A DNA stretch of 35,525 nucleotides from Azolla caroliniana. Taxonomy: Eukaryota; Plantae; Polypodiophyta. The first letter of the stretch is position 1; each line of letters opens with the position of its first letter. The notes under the pieces were generated by a model. That model had not been told where the DNA came from. It searched no databases and saw only the letters and a program-made list of their open reading frames with translations. The stretch spans positions 1 to 35,525 of the forward strand of contig JBHGNT010000315.1 of the NCBI GenBank assembly GCA_043228905.1, written 5' to 3'. This document shows, piece by piece, positions 1 through 8,660 of this stretch. The position numbers and the translations under genes were made by a program.

Positions 1-1
1 C

Positions 2-385
2 GAAAACACTCGATACTCAAGACCCTCGGAACGGTGCTGCAGGAACGTCGAACGAATCCCCGCCGAAGATCGATGCGATCGCCTACGTGATGCCTTGTAT
101 GCTGACGAGGAGGAACGACGCAATGATGAAGGCCGACGCCATGGCCAACAATCAAGGGAACACCGTAGCTGGGAGGAAGAGGACGAGGAGCGCGAGAGAG
201 ATAGCAGCCGTGAGCGACGAGAGGGTGACGAACGCCGCCACCGCATGTCTCGACGACAAGAGGACGAACGTCAACAACGTCGCCAATTCAAGGCCGATGA
301 CGAGGAAAGAGCTCTAGGCGTCGCCGCCTCCCGCCTACTCCAACAGTGCGATCTTCGCCCTCGTGCTTGTATTCGTCGCTTCTAA
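2..385 (+). CDS. 3' part (E135 to stop) of an upstream copy of the 2S albumin-like gene, cut by the window edge
   Basis: Identical to 1657-2040; reads ENTRYSRPSERCC...ACIRRF*. Confidence 0.85.
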   Translation, partial: ENTRYSRPSERCCRNVERIPAEDRCDRLRDALYADEEERRNDEGRRHGQQSREHRSWEEEDEERERDSSRERREGDERRHRMSRRQEDERQQRRQFKADDEERALGVAASRLLQQCDLRPRACIRRF

Positions 386-484
386 ATAGTACATAAACCT
401 TGTTCAAATTATTCTCGTGGTCTCTCTCTAATTTCTCGTAAGTGTTTACGAACAAGTGCGTCTCCCCAATCGCGCATTACACCC

Positions 485-546
485 ACACGAACGTAAACAC
501 GAGCACCAACGTCCCTCCAACACGAACGTAAACACGAGCACCAACG
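485..546 (+). repeat. 27-bp perfect direct repeat (ACACGAACGTAAACACGAGCACCAACG) x2 with a 35-bp period in the spacer; present in every unit
   Basis: Copies at 485-511 and 520-546. Confidence 0.9.
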
Positions 547-893
547 CATAGAATTTGCCTATAGGGACCGCAAACCACCCAAACGGAAAAAAAAACATCA
601 AAGCAGGACACCCATACCGCACACGCCACGGCAACGGCTAAGGCTAAGGTCAACTTGTACACGCGGCGAATGTGAACTTGCTTCCACACTTGCCCGATAG
701 GACACTCCTAGTGTGGTAGTCCGGTTAGCTTTCCTTGTCGTCGTCGTTACCAACCCCTCGTCCGTCCGAACGAGCGAGTACGGACACCGGTCTATCTACG
801 TTCATCGATGTAGCACACTCGGGAGCCACCACTCGTCCCGCAGTAGCCTCCGCGTGCTTAGTGTCTCGGCACTAGCGCGTTCTAGTTTAATGT

Positions 894-901
894 GCACGTG
901 C
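894..901. promoter_or_regulatory. G-box / ABRE core (GCACGTGC); recurs every 1,655 bp
   Basis: CACGTG at 895-900, about 360 bp upstream of the ATG; further ACGTG cores at 1058-1062 (+) and 1118-1122 (-). Function inferred from co-occurrence with RY elements. Confidence 0.5.
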
Positions 902-1145
902 CCGCACACCCCTACGCGCACGCGCGAGTGCGCACATTTACCTATGTATGTATAAATGTTATGTTGCTCGACAAGCTCTCGCGCGAGGAGGAGGAGTACC
1001 CGCTACAGGTTGCGCCCAGATTGTCTGGTGACAATACGACACCTAGGACTAGCCTAGACGTGTGGGAGGGTGGGCTAGTTGGTATGGGTCTTGGGCAAGA
1101 GTTGTACGCAGGACACACACGTTATGGTAATGGGAGTGGTGAGTG

Positions 1146-1177
1146 ACATGCATGTGCTCTGATTGCATGGCCATGTG
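1146..1177. promoter_or_regulatory. RY/Sph element cluster (B3-domain ABI3/FUS3/LEC2-type sites); recurs in every unit
   Basis: CATGCATG at 1147-1154, TGCATG at 1164-1169, CATGTG at 1172-1177, directly upstream of the TATA-like box; typical of storage-protein promoters. Confidence 0.7.
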
Positions 1178-1188
1178 TATATATTAAA
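1178..1188 (+). promoter_or_regulatory. Putative TATA box (TATATATTAAA; TATATATCAAA in copies 13-21)
   Basis: AT-rich box 77 bp upstream of the ATG, which sits in a plant-like context (GCAATGGCA). Confidence 0.65.
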
Positions 1189-1254
1189 GGTGGAGGGAGC
1201 AATGTCAATACAATCCATTAGGAGACAAGCACCGGGATCATAAGGACAATCGCA

Positions 1255-2040
1255 ATGGCAAAGCTTACTTCCGTATTCCTCATGGCCGTGATCATGCTCG
1301 CCGCGTGTACCGCGGCCAATGCTAGGTCTGTAGGGCGGGACCGTGAAGAGGAGCGACGCGATCGACGTCGTGAGGGAGACATTGACGAGGAGAGGCGCGA
1401 TCGACGCCGAGAGGGGGAGTGCGATGACGAGAGGCGCGAGCGACGTCGTGAGGGGTTCCTTGAGGAGGGGCGCCGCTACAGAGACAACAAGAGAGACTCC
1501 GAAGAGGAAAGGGAACGTCGTAGCCGTGGTCGCGATGAGCCACGTGACGAGGAACTGAGGCGAGAGTGCGGTGATTTCATCGACAAGCAGATCCGAGAGC
1601 TACAAGAGCGCTCCGAAAGAGAGGAAGGTGAACAAGGACGTCGCTCCCCATGGATCGAAAACACTCGATACTCAAGACCCTCGGAACGGTGCTGCAGGAA
1701 CGTCGAACGAATCCCCGCCGAAGATCGATGCGATCGCCTACGTGATGCCTTGTATGCTGACGAGGAGGAACGACGCAATGATGAAGGCCGACGCCATGGC
1801 CAACAATCAAGGGAACACCGTAGCTGGGAGGAAGAGGACGAGGAGCGCGAGAGAGATAGCAGCCGTGAGCGACGAGAGGGTGACGAACGCCGCCACCGCA
1901 TGTCTCGACGACAAGAGGACGAACGTCAACAACGTCGCCAATTCAAGGCCGATGACGAGGAAAGAGCTCTAGGCGTCGCCGCCTCCCGCCTACTCCAACA
2001 GTGCGATCTTCGCCCTCGTGCTTGTATTCGTCGCTTCTAA
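1255..2040 (+). CDS. Secreted Arg/Glu-rich 2S albumin-like (prolamin superfamily) storage protein precursor, 261 aa, copy 1
   Basis: Hydrophobic signal peptide (MAKLTSVFLMAVIMLAACTAANA); motifs LRRECGDFI, RPSERCCRNVERIPAEDRCDRLR and AASRLLQQCDLRPRAC follow 2S albumin Cys spacing; intronless; RY/TATA upstream. Confidence 0.88.
   Translation: MAKLTSVFLMAVIMLAACTAANARSVGRDREEERRDRRREGDIDEERRDRRREGECDDERRERRREGFLEEGRRYRDNKRDSEEERERRSRGRDEPRDEELRRECGDFIDKQIRELQERSEREEGEQGRRSPWIENTRYSRPSERCCRNVERIPAEDRCDRLRDALYADEEERRNDEGRRHGQQSREHRSWEEEDEERERDSSRERREGDERRHRMSRRQEDERQQRRQFKADDEERALGVAASRLLQQCDLRPRACIRRF
1345..1539 (+). repeat. In-frame 39-bp (13-aa) repeat in the N-terminal region: three good and two degenerate copies
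   Basis: EEERRDRRREGDI / DEERRDRRREGEC / DDERRERRREGFL / EEGRRYRDNKRDS / EEERERRSRGRDE (residues 31-95). Confidence 0.8.
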
Positions 2041-2909
2041 ATAGTACATAAACCTTGTTCAAATTATTCTCGTGGTCTCTCTCTAATTTCTCGTAAGTGT
2101 TTACGAACAAGTGCGTCTCCCCAATCGCGCATTACACCCACACGAACGTAAACACGAGCACCAACGTCCCTCCAACACGAACGTAAACACGAGCACCAAC
2201 GCATAGAATTTGCCTATAGGGACCGCAAACCACCCAAACGGAAAAAAAAACATCAAAGCAGGACACCCATACCGCACACGCCACGGCAACGGCTAAGGCT
2301 AAGGTCAACTTGTACACGCGGCGAATGTGAACTTGCTTCCACACTTGCCCGATAGGACACTCCTAGTGTGGTAGTCCGGTTAGCTTTCCTTGTCGTCGTC
2401 GTTACCAACCCCTCGTCCGTCCGAACGAGCGAGTACGGACACCGGTCTATCTACGTTCATCGATGTAGCACACTCGGGAGCCACCACTCGTCCCGCAGTA
2501 GCCTCCGCGTGCTTAGTGTCTCGGCACTAGCGCGTTCTAGTTTAATGTGCACGTGCCCGCACACCCCTACGCGCACGCGCGAGTGCGCACATTTACCTAT
2601 GTATGTATAAATGTTATGTTGCTCGACAAGCTCTCGCGCGAGGAGGAGGAGTACCCGCTACAGGTTGCGCCCAGATTGTCTGGTGACAATACGACACCTA
2701 GGACTAGCCTAGACGTGTGGGAGGGTGGGCTAGTTGGTATGGGTCTTGGGCAAGAGTTGTACGCAGGACACACACGTTATGGTAATGGGAGTGGTGAGTG
2801 ACATGCATGTGCTCTGATTGCATGGCCATGTGTATATATTAAAGGTGGAGGGAGCAATGTCAATACAATCCATTAGGAGACAAGCACCGGGATCATAAGG
2901 ACAATCGCA

Positions 2910-3695
2910 ATGGCAAAGCTTACTTCCGTATTCCTCATGGCCGTGATCATGCTCGCCGCGTGTACCGCGGCCAATGCTAGGTCTGTAGGGCGGGACCGTG
3001 AAGAGGAGCGACGCGATCGACGTCGTGAGGGAGACATTGACGAGGAGAGGCGCGATCGACGCCGAGAGGGGGAGTGCGATGACGAGAGGCGCGAGCGACG
3101 TCGTGAGGGGTTCCTTGAGGAGGGGCGCCGCTACAGAGACAACAAGAGAGACTCCGAAGAGGAAAGGGAACGTCGTAGCCGTGGTCGCGATGAGCCACGT
3201 GACGAGGAACTGAGGCGAGAGTGCGGTGATTTCATCGACAAGCAGATCCGAGAGCTACAAGAGCGCTCCGAAAGAGAGGAAGGTGAACAAGGACGTCGCT
3301 CCCCATGGATCGAAAACACTCGATACTCAAGACCCTCGGAACGGTGCTGCAGGAACGTCGAACGAATCCCCGCCGAAGATCGATGCGATCGCCTACGTGA
3401 TGCCTTGTATGCTGACGAGGAGGAACGACGCAATGATGAAGGCCGACGCCATGGCCAACAATCAAGGGAACACCGTAGCTGGGAGGAAGAGGACGAGGAG
3501 CGCGAGAGAGATAGCAGCCGTGAGCGACGAGAGGGTGACGAACGCCGCCACCGCATGTCTCGACGACAAGAGGACGAACGTCAACAACGTCGCCAATTCA
3601 AGGCCGATGACGAGGAAAGAGCTCTAGGCGTCGCCGCCTCCCGCCTACTCCAACAGTGCGATCTTCGCCCTCGTGCTTGTATTCGTCGCTTCTAA
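2910..3695 (+). CDS. 2S albumin-like storage protein precursor, copy 2
   Basis: Protein identical to copy 1. Confidence 0.88.
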   Translation: MAKLTSVFLMAVIMLAACTAANARSVGRDREEERRDRRREGDIDEERRDRRREGECDDERRERRREGFLEEGRRYRDNKRDSEEERERRSRGRDEPRDEELRRECGDFIDKQIRELQERSEREEGEQGRRSPWIENTRYSRPSERCCRNVERIPAEDRCDRLRDALYADEEERRNDEGRRHGQQSREHRSWEEEDEERERDSSRERREGDERRHRMSRRQEDERQQRRQFKADDEERALGVAASRLLQQCDLRPRACIRRF

Positions 3696-4564
3696 ATAGT
3701 ACATAAACCTTGTTCAAATTATTCTCGTGGTCTCTCTCTAATTTCTCGTAAGTGTTTACGAACAAGTGCGTCTCCCCAATCGCGCATTACACCCACACGA
3801 ACGTAAACACGAGCACCAACGTCCCTCCAACACGAACGTAAACACGAGCACCAACGCATAGAATTTGCCTATAGGGACCGCAAACCACCCAAACGGAAAA
3901 AAAAACATCAAAGCAGGACACCCATACCGCACACGCCACGGCAACGGCTAAGGCTAAGGTCAACTTGTACACGCGGCGAATGTGAACTTGCTTCCACACT
4001 TGCCCGATAGGACACTCCTAGTGTGGTAGTCCGGTTAGCTTTCCTTGTCGTCGTCGTTACCAACCCCTCGTCCGTCCGAACGAGCGAGTACGGACACCGG
4101 TCTATCTACGTTCATCGATGTAGCACACTCGGGAGCCACCACTCGTCCCGCAGTAGCCTCCGCGTGCTTAGTGTCTCGGCACTAGCGCGTTCTAGTTTAA
4201 TGTGCACGTGCCCGCACACCCCTACGCGCACGCGCGAGTGCGCACATTTACCTATGTATGTATAAATGTTATGTTGCTCGACAAGCTCTCGCGCGAGGAG
4301 GAGGAGTACCCGCTACAGGTTGCGCCCAGATTGTCTGGTGACAATACGACACCTAGGACTAGCCTAGACGTGTGGGAGGGTGGACTAGTTGGTATGGGTC
4401 TTGGGCAAGAGTTGTACGCAGGACACACACGTTATGGTAATGGGAGTGGTGAGTGACATGCATGTGCTCTGATTGCATGGCCATGTGTATATATTAAAGG
4501 TGGAGGGAGCAATGTCAATACAATCCATTAGGAGACAAGCACCGGGATCATAAGGACAATCGCA

Positions 4565-5350
4565 ATGGCAAAGCTTACTTCCGTATTCCTCATGGCCGTG
4601 ATCATGCTCGCCGCGTGTACCGCGGCCAATGCTAGGTCTGTAGGGCGGGACCGTGAAGAGGAGCGACGCGATCGACGTCGTGAGGGAGACATTGACGAGG
4701 AGAGGCGCGATCGACGCCGAGAGGGGGAGTGCGATGACGAGAGGCGCGAGCGACGTCGTGAGGGGTTCCTTGAGGAGGGGCGCCGCTACAGAGACAACAA
4801 GAGAGACTCCGAAGAGGAAAGGGAACGTCGTAGCCGTGGTCGCGATGAGCCACGTGACGAGGAACTGAGGCGAGAGTGCGGTGATTTCATCGACAAGCAG
4901 ATCCGAGAGCTACAAGAGCGCTCCGAAAGAGAGGAAGGTGAACAAGGACGTCGCTCCCCATGGATCGAAAACACTCGATACTCAAGACCCTCGGAACGGT
5001 GCTGCAGGAACGTCGAACGAATCCCCGCCGAAGATCGATGCGATCGCCTACGTGATGCCTTGTATGCTGACGAGGAGGAACGACGCAATGATGAAGGCCG
5101 ACGCCATGGCCAACAATCAAGGGAACACCGTAGCTGGGAGGAAGAGGACGAGGAGCGCGAGAGAGATAGCAGCCGTGAGCGACGAGAGGGTGACGAACGC
5201 CGCCACCGCATGTCTCGACGACAAGAGGACGAACGTCAACAACGTCGCCAATTCAAGGCCGATGACGAGGAAAGAGCTCTAGGCGTCGCCGCCTCCCGCC
5301 TACTCCAACAGTGCGATCTTCGCCCTCGTGCTTGTATTCGTCGCTTCTAA
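4565..5350 (+). CDS. 2S albumin-like storage protein precursor, copy 3
   Basis: Protein identical to copy 1. Confidence 0.88.
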   Translation: MAKLTSVFLMAVIMLAACTAANARSVGRDREEERRDRRREGDIDEERRDRRREGECDDERRERRREGFLEEGRRYRDNKRDSEEERERRSRGRDEPRDEELRRECGDFIDKQIRELQERSEREEGEQGRRSPWIENTRYSRPSERCCRNVERIPAEDRCDRLRDALYADEEERRNDEGRRHGQQSREHRSWEEEDEERERDSSRERREGDERRHRMSRRQEDERQQRRQFKADDEERALGVAASRLLQQCDLRPRACIRRF

Positions 5351-6219
5351 ATAGTACATAAACCTTGTTCAAATTATTCTCGTGGTCTCTCTCTAATTTC
5401 TCGTAAGTGTTTACGAACAAGTGCGTCTCCCCAATCGCGCATTACACCCACACGAACGTAAACACGAGCACCAACGTCCCTCCAACACGAACGTAAACAC
5501 GAGCACCAACGCATAGAATTTGCCTATAGGGACCGCAAACCACCCAAACGGAAAAAAAAACATCAAAGCAGGACACCCATACCGCACACGCCACGGCAAC
5601 GGCTAAGGCTAAGGTCAACTTGTACACGCGGCGAATGTGAACTTGCTTCCACACTTGCCCGATAGGACACTCCTAGTGTGGTAGTCCGGTTAGCTTTCCT
5701 TGTCGTCGTCGTTACCAACCCCTCGTCCGTCCGAACGAGCGAGTACGGACACCGGTCTATCTACGTTCATCGATGTAGCACACTCGGGAGCCACCACTCG
5801 TCCCGCAGTAGCCTCCGCGTGCTTAGTGTCTCGGCACTAGCGCGTTCTAGTTTAATGTGCACGTGCCCGCACACCCCTACGCGCACGCGCGAGTGCGCAC
5901 ATTTACCTATGTATGTATAAATGTTATGTTGCTCGACAAGCTCTCGCGCGAGGAGGAGGAGTACCCGCTACAGGTTGCGCCCAGATTGTCTGGTGACAAT
6001 ACGACACCTAGGACTAGCCTAGACGTGTGGGAGGGTGGACTAGTTGGTATGGGTCTTGGGCAAGAGTTGTACGCAGGACACACACGTTATGGTAATGGGA
6101 GTGGTGAGTGACATGCATGTGCTCTGATTGCATGGCCATGTGTATATATTAAAGGTGGAGGGAGCAATGTCAATACAATCCATTAGGAGACAAGCACCGG
6201 GATCATAAGGACAATCGCA

Positions 6220-7005
6220 ATGGCAAAGCTTACTTCCGTATTCCTCATGGCCGTGATCATGCTCGCCGCGTGTACCGCGGCCAATGCTAGGTCTGTAGGG
6301 CGGGACCGTGAAGAGGAGCGACGCGATCGACGTCGTGAGGGAGACATTGACGAGGAGAGGCGCGATCGACGCCGAGAGGGGGAGTGCGATGACGAGAGGC
6401 GCGAGCGACGTCGTGAGGGGTTCCTTGAGGAGGGGCGCCGCTACAGAGACAACAAGAGAGACTCCGAAGAGGAAAGGGAACGTCGTAGCCGTGGTCGCGA
6501 TGAGCCACGTGACGAGGAACTGAGGCGAGAGTGCGGTGATTTCATCGACAAGCAGATCCGAGAGCTACAAGAGCGCTCCGAAAGAGAGGAAGGTGAACAA
6601 GGACGTCGCTCCCCATGGATCGAAAACACTCGATACTCAAGACCCTCGGAACGGTGCTGCAGGAACGTCGAACGAATCCCCGCCGAAGATCGATGCGATC
6701 GCCTACGTGATGCCTTGTATGCTGACGAGGAGGAACGACGCAATGATGAAGGCCGACGCCATGGCCAACAATCAAGGGAACACCGTAGCTGGGAGGAAGA
6801 GGACGAGGAGCGCGAGAGAGATAGCAGCCGTGAGCGACGAGAGGGTGACGAACGCCGCCACCGCATGTCTCGACGACAAGAGGACGAACGTCAACAACGT
6901 CGCCAATTCAAGGCCGATGACGAGGAAAGAGCTCTAGGCGTCGCCGCCTCCCGCCTACTCCAACAGTGCGATCTTCGCCCTCGTGCTTGTATTCGTCGCT
7001 TCTAA
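6220..7005 (+). CDS. 2S albumin-like storage protein precursor, copy 4
   Basis: Protein identical to copy 1. Confidence 0.88.
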   Translation: MAKLTSVFLMAVIMLAACTAANARSVGRDREEERRDRRREGDIDEERRDRRREGECDDERRERRREGFLEEGRRYRDNKRDSEEERERRSRGRDEPRDEELRRECGDFIDKQIRELQERSEREEGEQGRRSPWIENTRYSRPSERCCRNVERIPAEDRCDRLRDALYADEEERRNDEGRRHGQQSREHRSWEEEDEERERDSSRERREGDERRHRMSRRQEDERQQRRQFKADDEERALGVAASRLLQQCDLRPRACIRRF

Positions 7006-7874
7006 ATAGTACATAAACCTTGTTCAAATTATTCTCGTGGTCTCTCTCTAATTTCTCGTAAGTGTTTACGAACAAGTGCGTCTCCCCAATCGCGCATTAC
7101 ACCCACACGAACGTAAACACGAGCACCAACGTCCCTCCAACACGAACGTAAACACGAGCACCAACGCATAGAATTTGCCTATAGGGACCGCAAACCACCC
7201 AAACGGAAAAAAAAACATCAAAGCAGGACACCCATACCGCACACGCCACGGCAACGGCTAAGGCTAAGGTCAACTTGTACACGCGGCGAATGTGAACTTG
7301 CTTCCACACTTGCCCGATAGGACACTCCTAGTGTGGTAGTCCGGTTAGCTTTCCTTGTCGTCGTCGTTACCAACCCCTCGTCCGTCCGAACGAGCGAGTA
7401 CGGACACCGGTCTATCTACGTTCATCGATGTAGCACACTCGGGAGCCACCACTCGTCCCGCAGTAGCCTCCGCGTGCTTAGTGTCTCGGCACTAGCGCGT
7501 TCTAGTTTAATGTGCACGTGCCCGCACACCCCTACGCGCACGCGCGAGTGCGCACATTTACCTATGTATGTATAAATGTTATGTTGCTCGACAAGCTCTC
7601 GCGCGAGGAGGAGGAGTACCCGCTACAGGTTGCGCCCAGATTGTCTGGTGACAATACGACACCTAGGACTAGCCTAGACGTGTGGGAGGGTGGACTAGTT
7701 GGTATGGGTCTTGGGCAAGAGTTGTACGCAGGACACACACGTTATGGTAATGGGAGTGGTGAGTGACATGCATGTGCTCTGATTGCATGGCCATGTGTAT
7801 ATATTAAAGGTGGAGGGAGCAATGTCAATACAATCCATTAGGAGACAAGCACCGGGATCATAAGGACAATCGCA

Positions 7875-8660
7875 ATGGCAAAGCTTACTTCCGTATTCCT
7901 CATGGCCGTGATCATGCTCGCCGCGTGTACCGCGGCCAATGCTAGGTCTGTAGGGCGGGACCGTGAAGAGGAGCGACGCGATCGACGTCGTGAGGGAGAC
8001 ATTGACGAGGAGAGGCGCGATCGACGCCGAGAGGGGGAGTGCGATGACGAGAGGCGCGAGCGACGTCGTGAGGGGTTCCTTGAGGAGGGGCGCCGCTACA
8101 GAGACAACAAGAGAGACTCCGAAGAGGAAAGGGAACGTCGTAGCCGTGGTCGCGATGAGCCACGTGACGAGGAACTGAGGCGAGAGTGCGGTGATTTCAT
8201 CGACAAGCAGATCCGAGAGCTACAAGAGCGCTCCGAAAGAGAGGAAGGTGAACAAGGACGTCGCTCCCCATGGATCGAAAACACTCGATACTCAAGACCC
8301 TCGGAACGGTGCTGCAGGAACGTCGAACGAATCCCCGCCGAAGATCGATGCGATCGCCTACGTGATGCCTTGTATGCTGACGAGGAGGAACGACGCAATG
8401 ATGAAGGCCGACGCCATGGCCAACAATCAAGGGAACACCGTAGCTGGGAGGAAGAGGACGAGGAGCGCGAGAGAGATAGCAGCCGTGAGCGACGAGAGGG
8501 TGACGAACGCCGCCACCGCATGTCTCGACGACAAGAGGACGAACGTCAACAACGTCGCCAATTCAAGGCCGATGACGAGGAAAGAGCTCTAGGCGTCGCC
8601 GCCTCCCGCCTACTCCAACAGTGCGATCTTCGCCCTCGTGCTTGTATTCGTCGCTTCTAA
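7875..8660 (+). CDS. 2S albumin-like storage protein precursor, copy 5
   Basis: Protein identical to copy 1. Confidence 0.88.
   Translation: MAKLTSVFLMAVIMLAACTAANARSVGRDREEERRDRRREGDIDEERRDRRREGECDDERRERRREGFLEEGRRYRDNKRDSEEERERRSRGRDEPRDEELRRECGDFIDKQIRELQERSEREEGEQGRRSPWIENTRYSRPSERCCRNVERIPAEDRCDRLRDALYADEEERRNDEGRRHGQQSREHRSWEEEDEERERDSSRERREGDERRHRMSRRQEDERQQRRQFKADDEERALGVAASRLLQQCDLRPRACIRRF

Noticed and set aside
485-546. Possible CRISPR-like repeat-spacer structure
   Set aside because: Only two repeats per unit with an invariant 8-bp gap, no variable spacers, no cas genes, and a eukaryote-like context
446-1146. Short spacer ORFs (62, 70, 80, 84 aa)
   Set aside because: No recognisable domains, several lack a true ATG start, and conservation across units only reflects array homogeneity
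1220-1224. AGGAG as a Shine-Dalgarno site
   Set aside because: About 30 nt from the ATG, too far; the surrounding signals are eukaryotic
1322-1972. Overlapping alternative-frame and antisense ORFs (71, 73, 77, 133, 141 aa) in every unit
   Set aside because: Shadows of the GC-rich, low-complexity main ORF (e.g. the Ser/Arg-rich antisense frame); no motifs or promoter context of their own
1255-2040. SR/RS splicing factor, trichohyalin-like or vicilin N-terminal CxxxC repeat protein
   Set aside because: Similarity is compositional only; the signal peptide and CC-containing Cys spacing fit the prolamin superfamily, and there is no RRM, CxxxC pair or cupin domain
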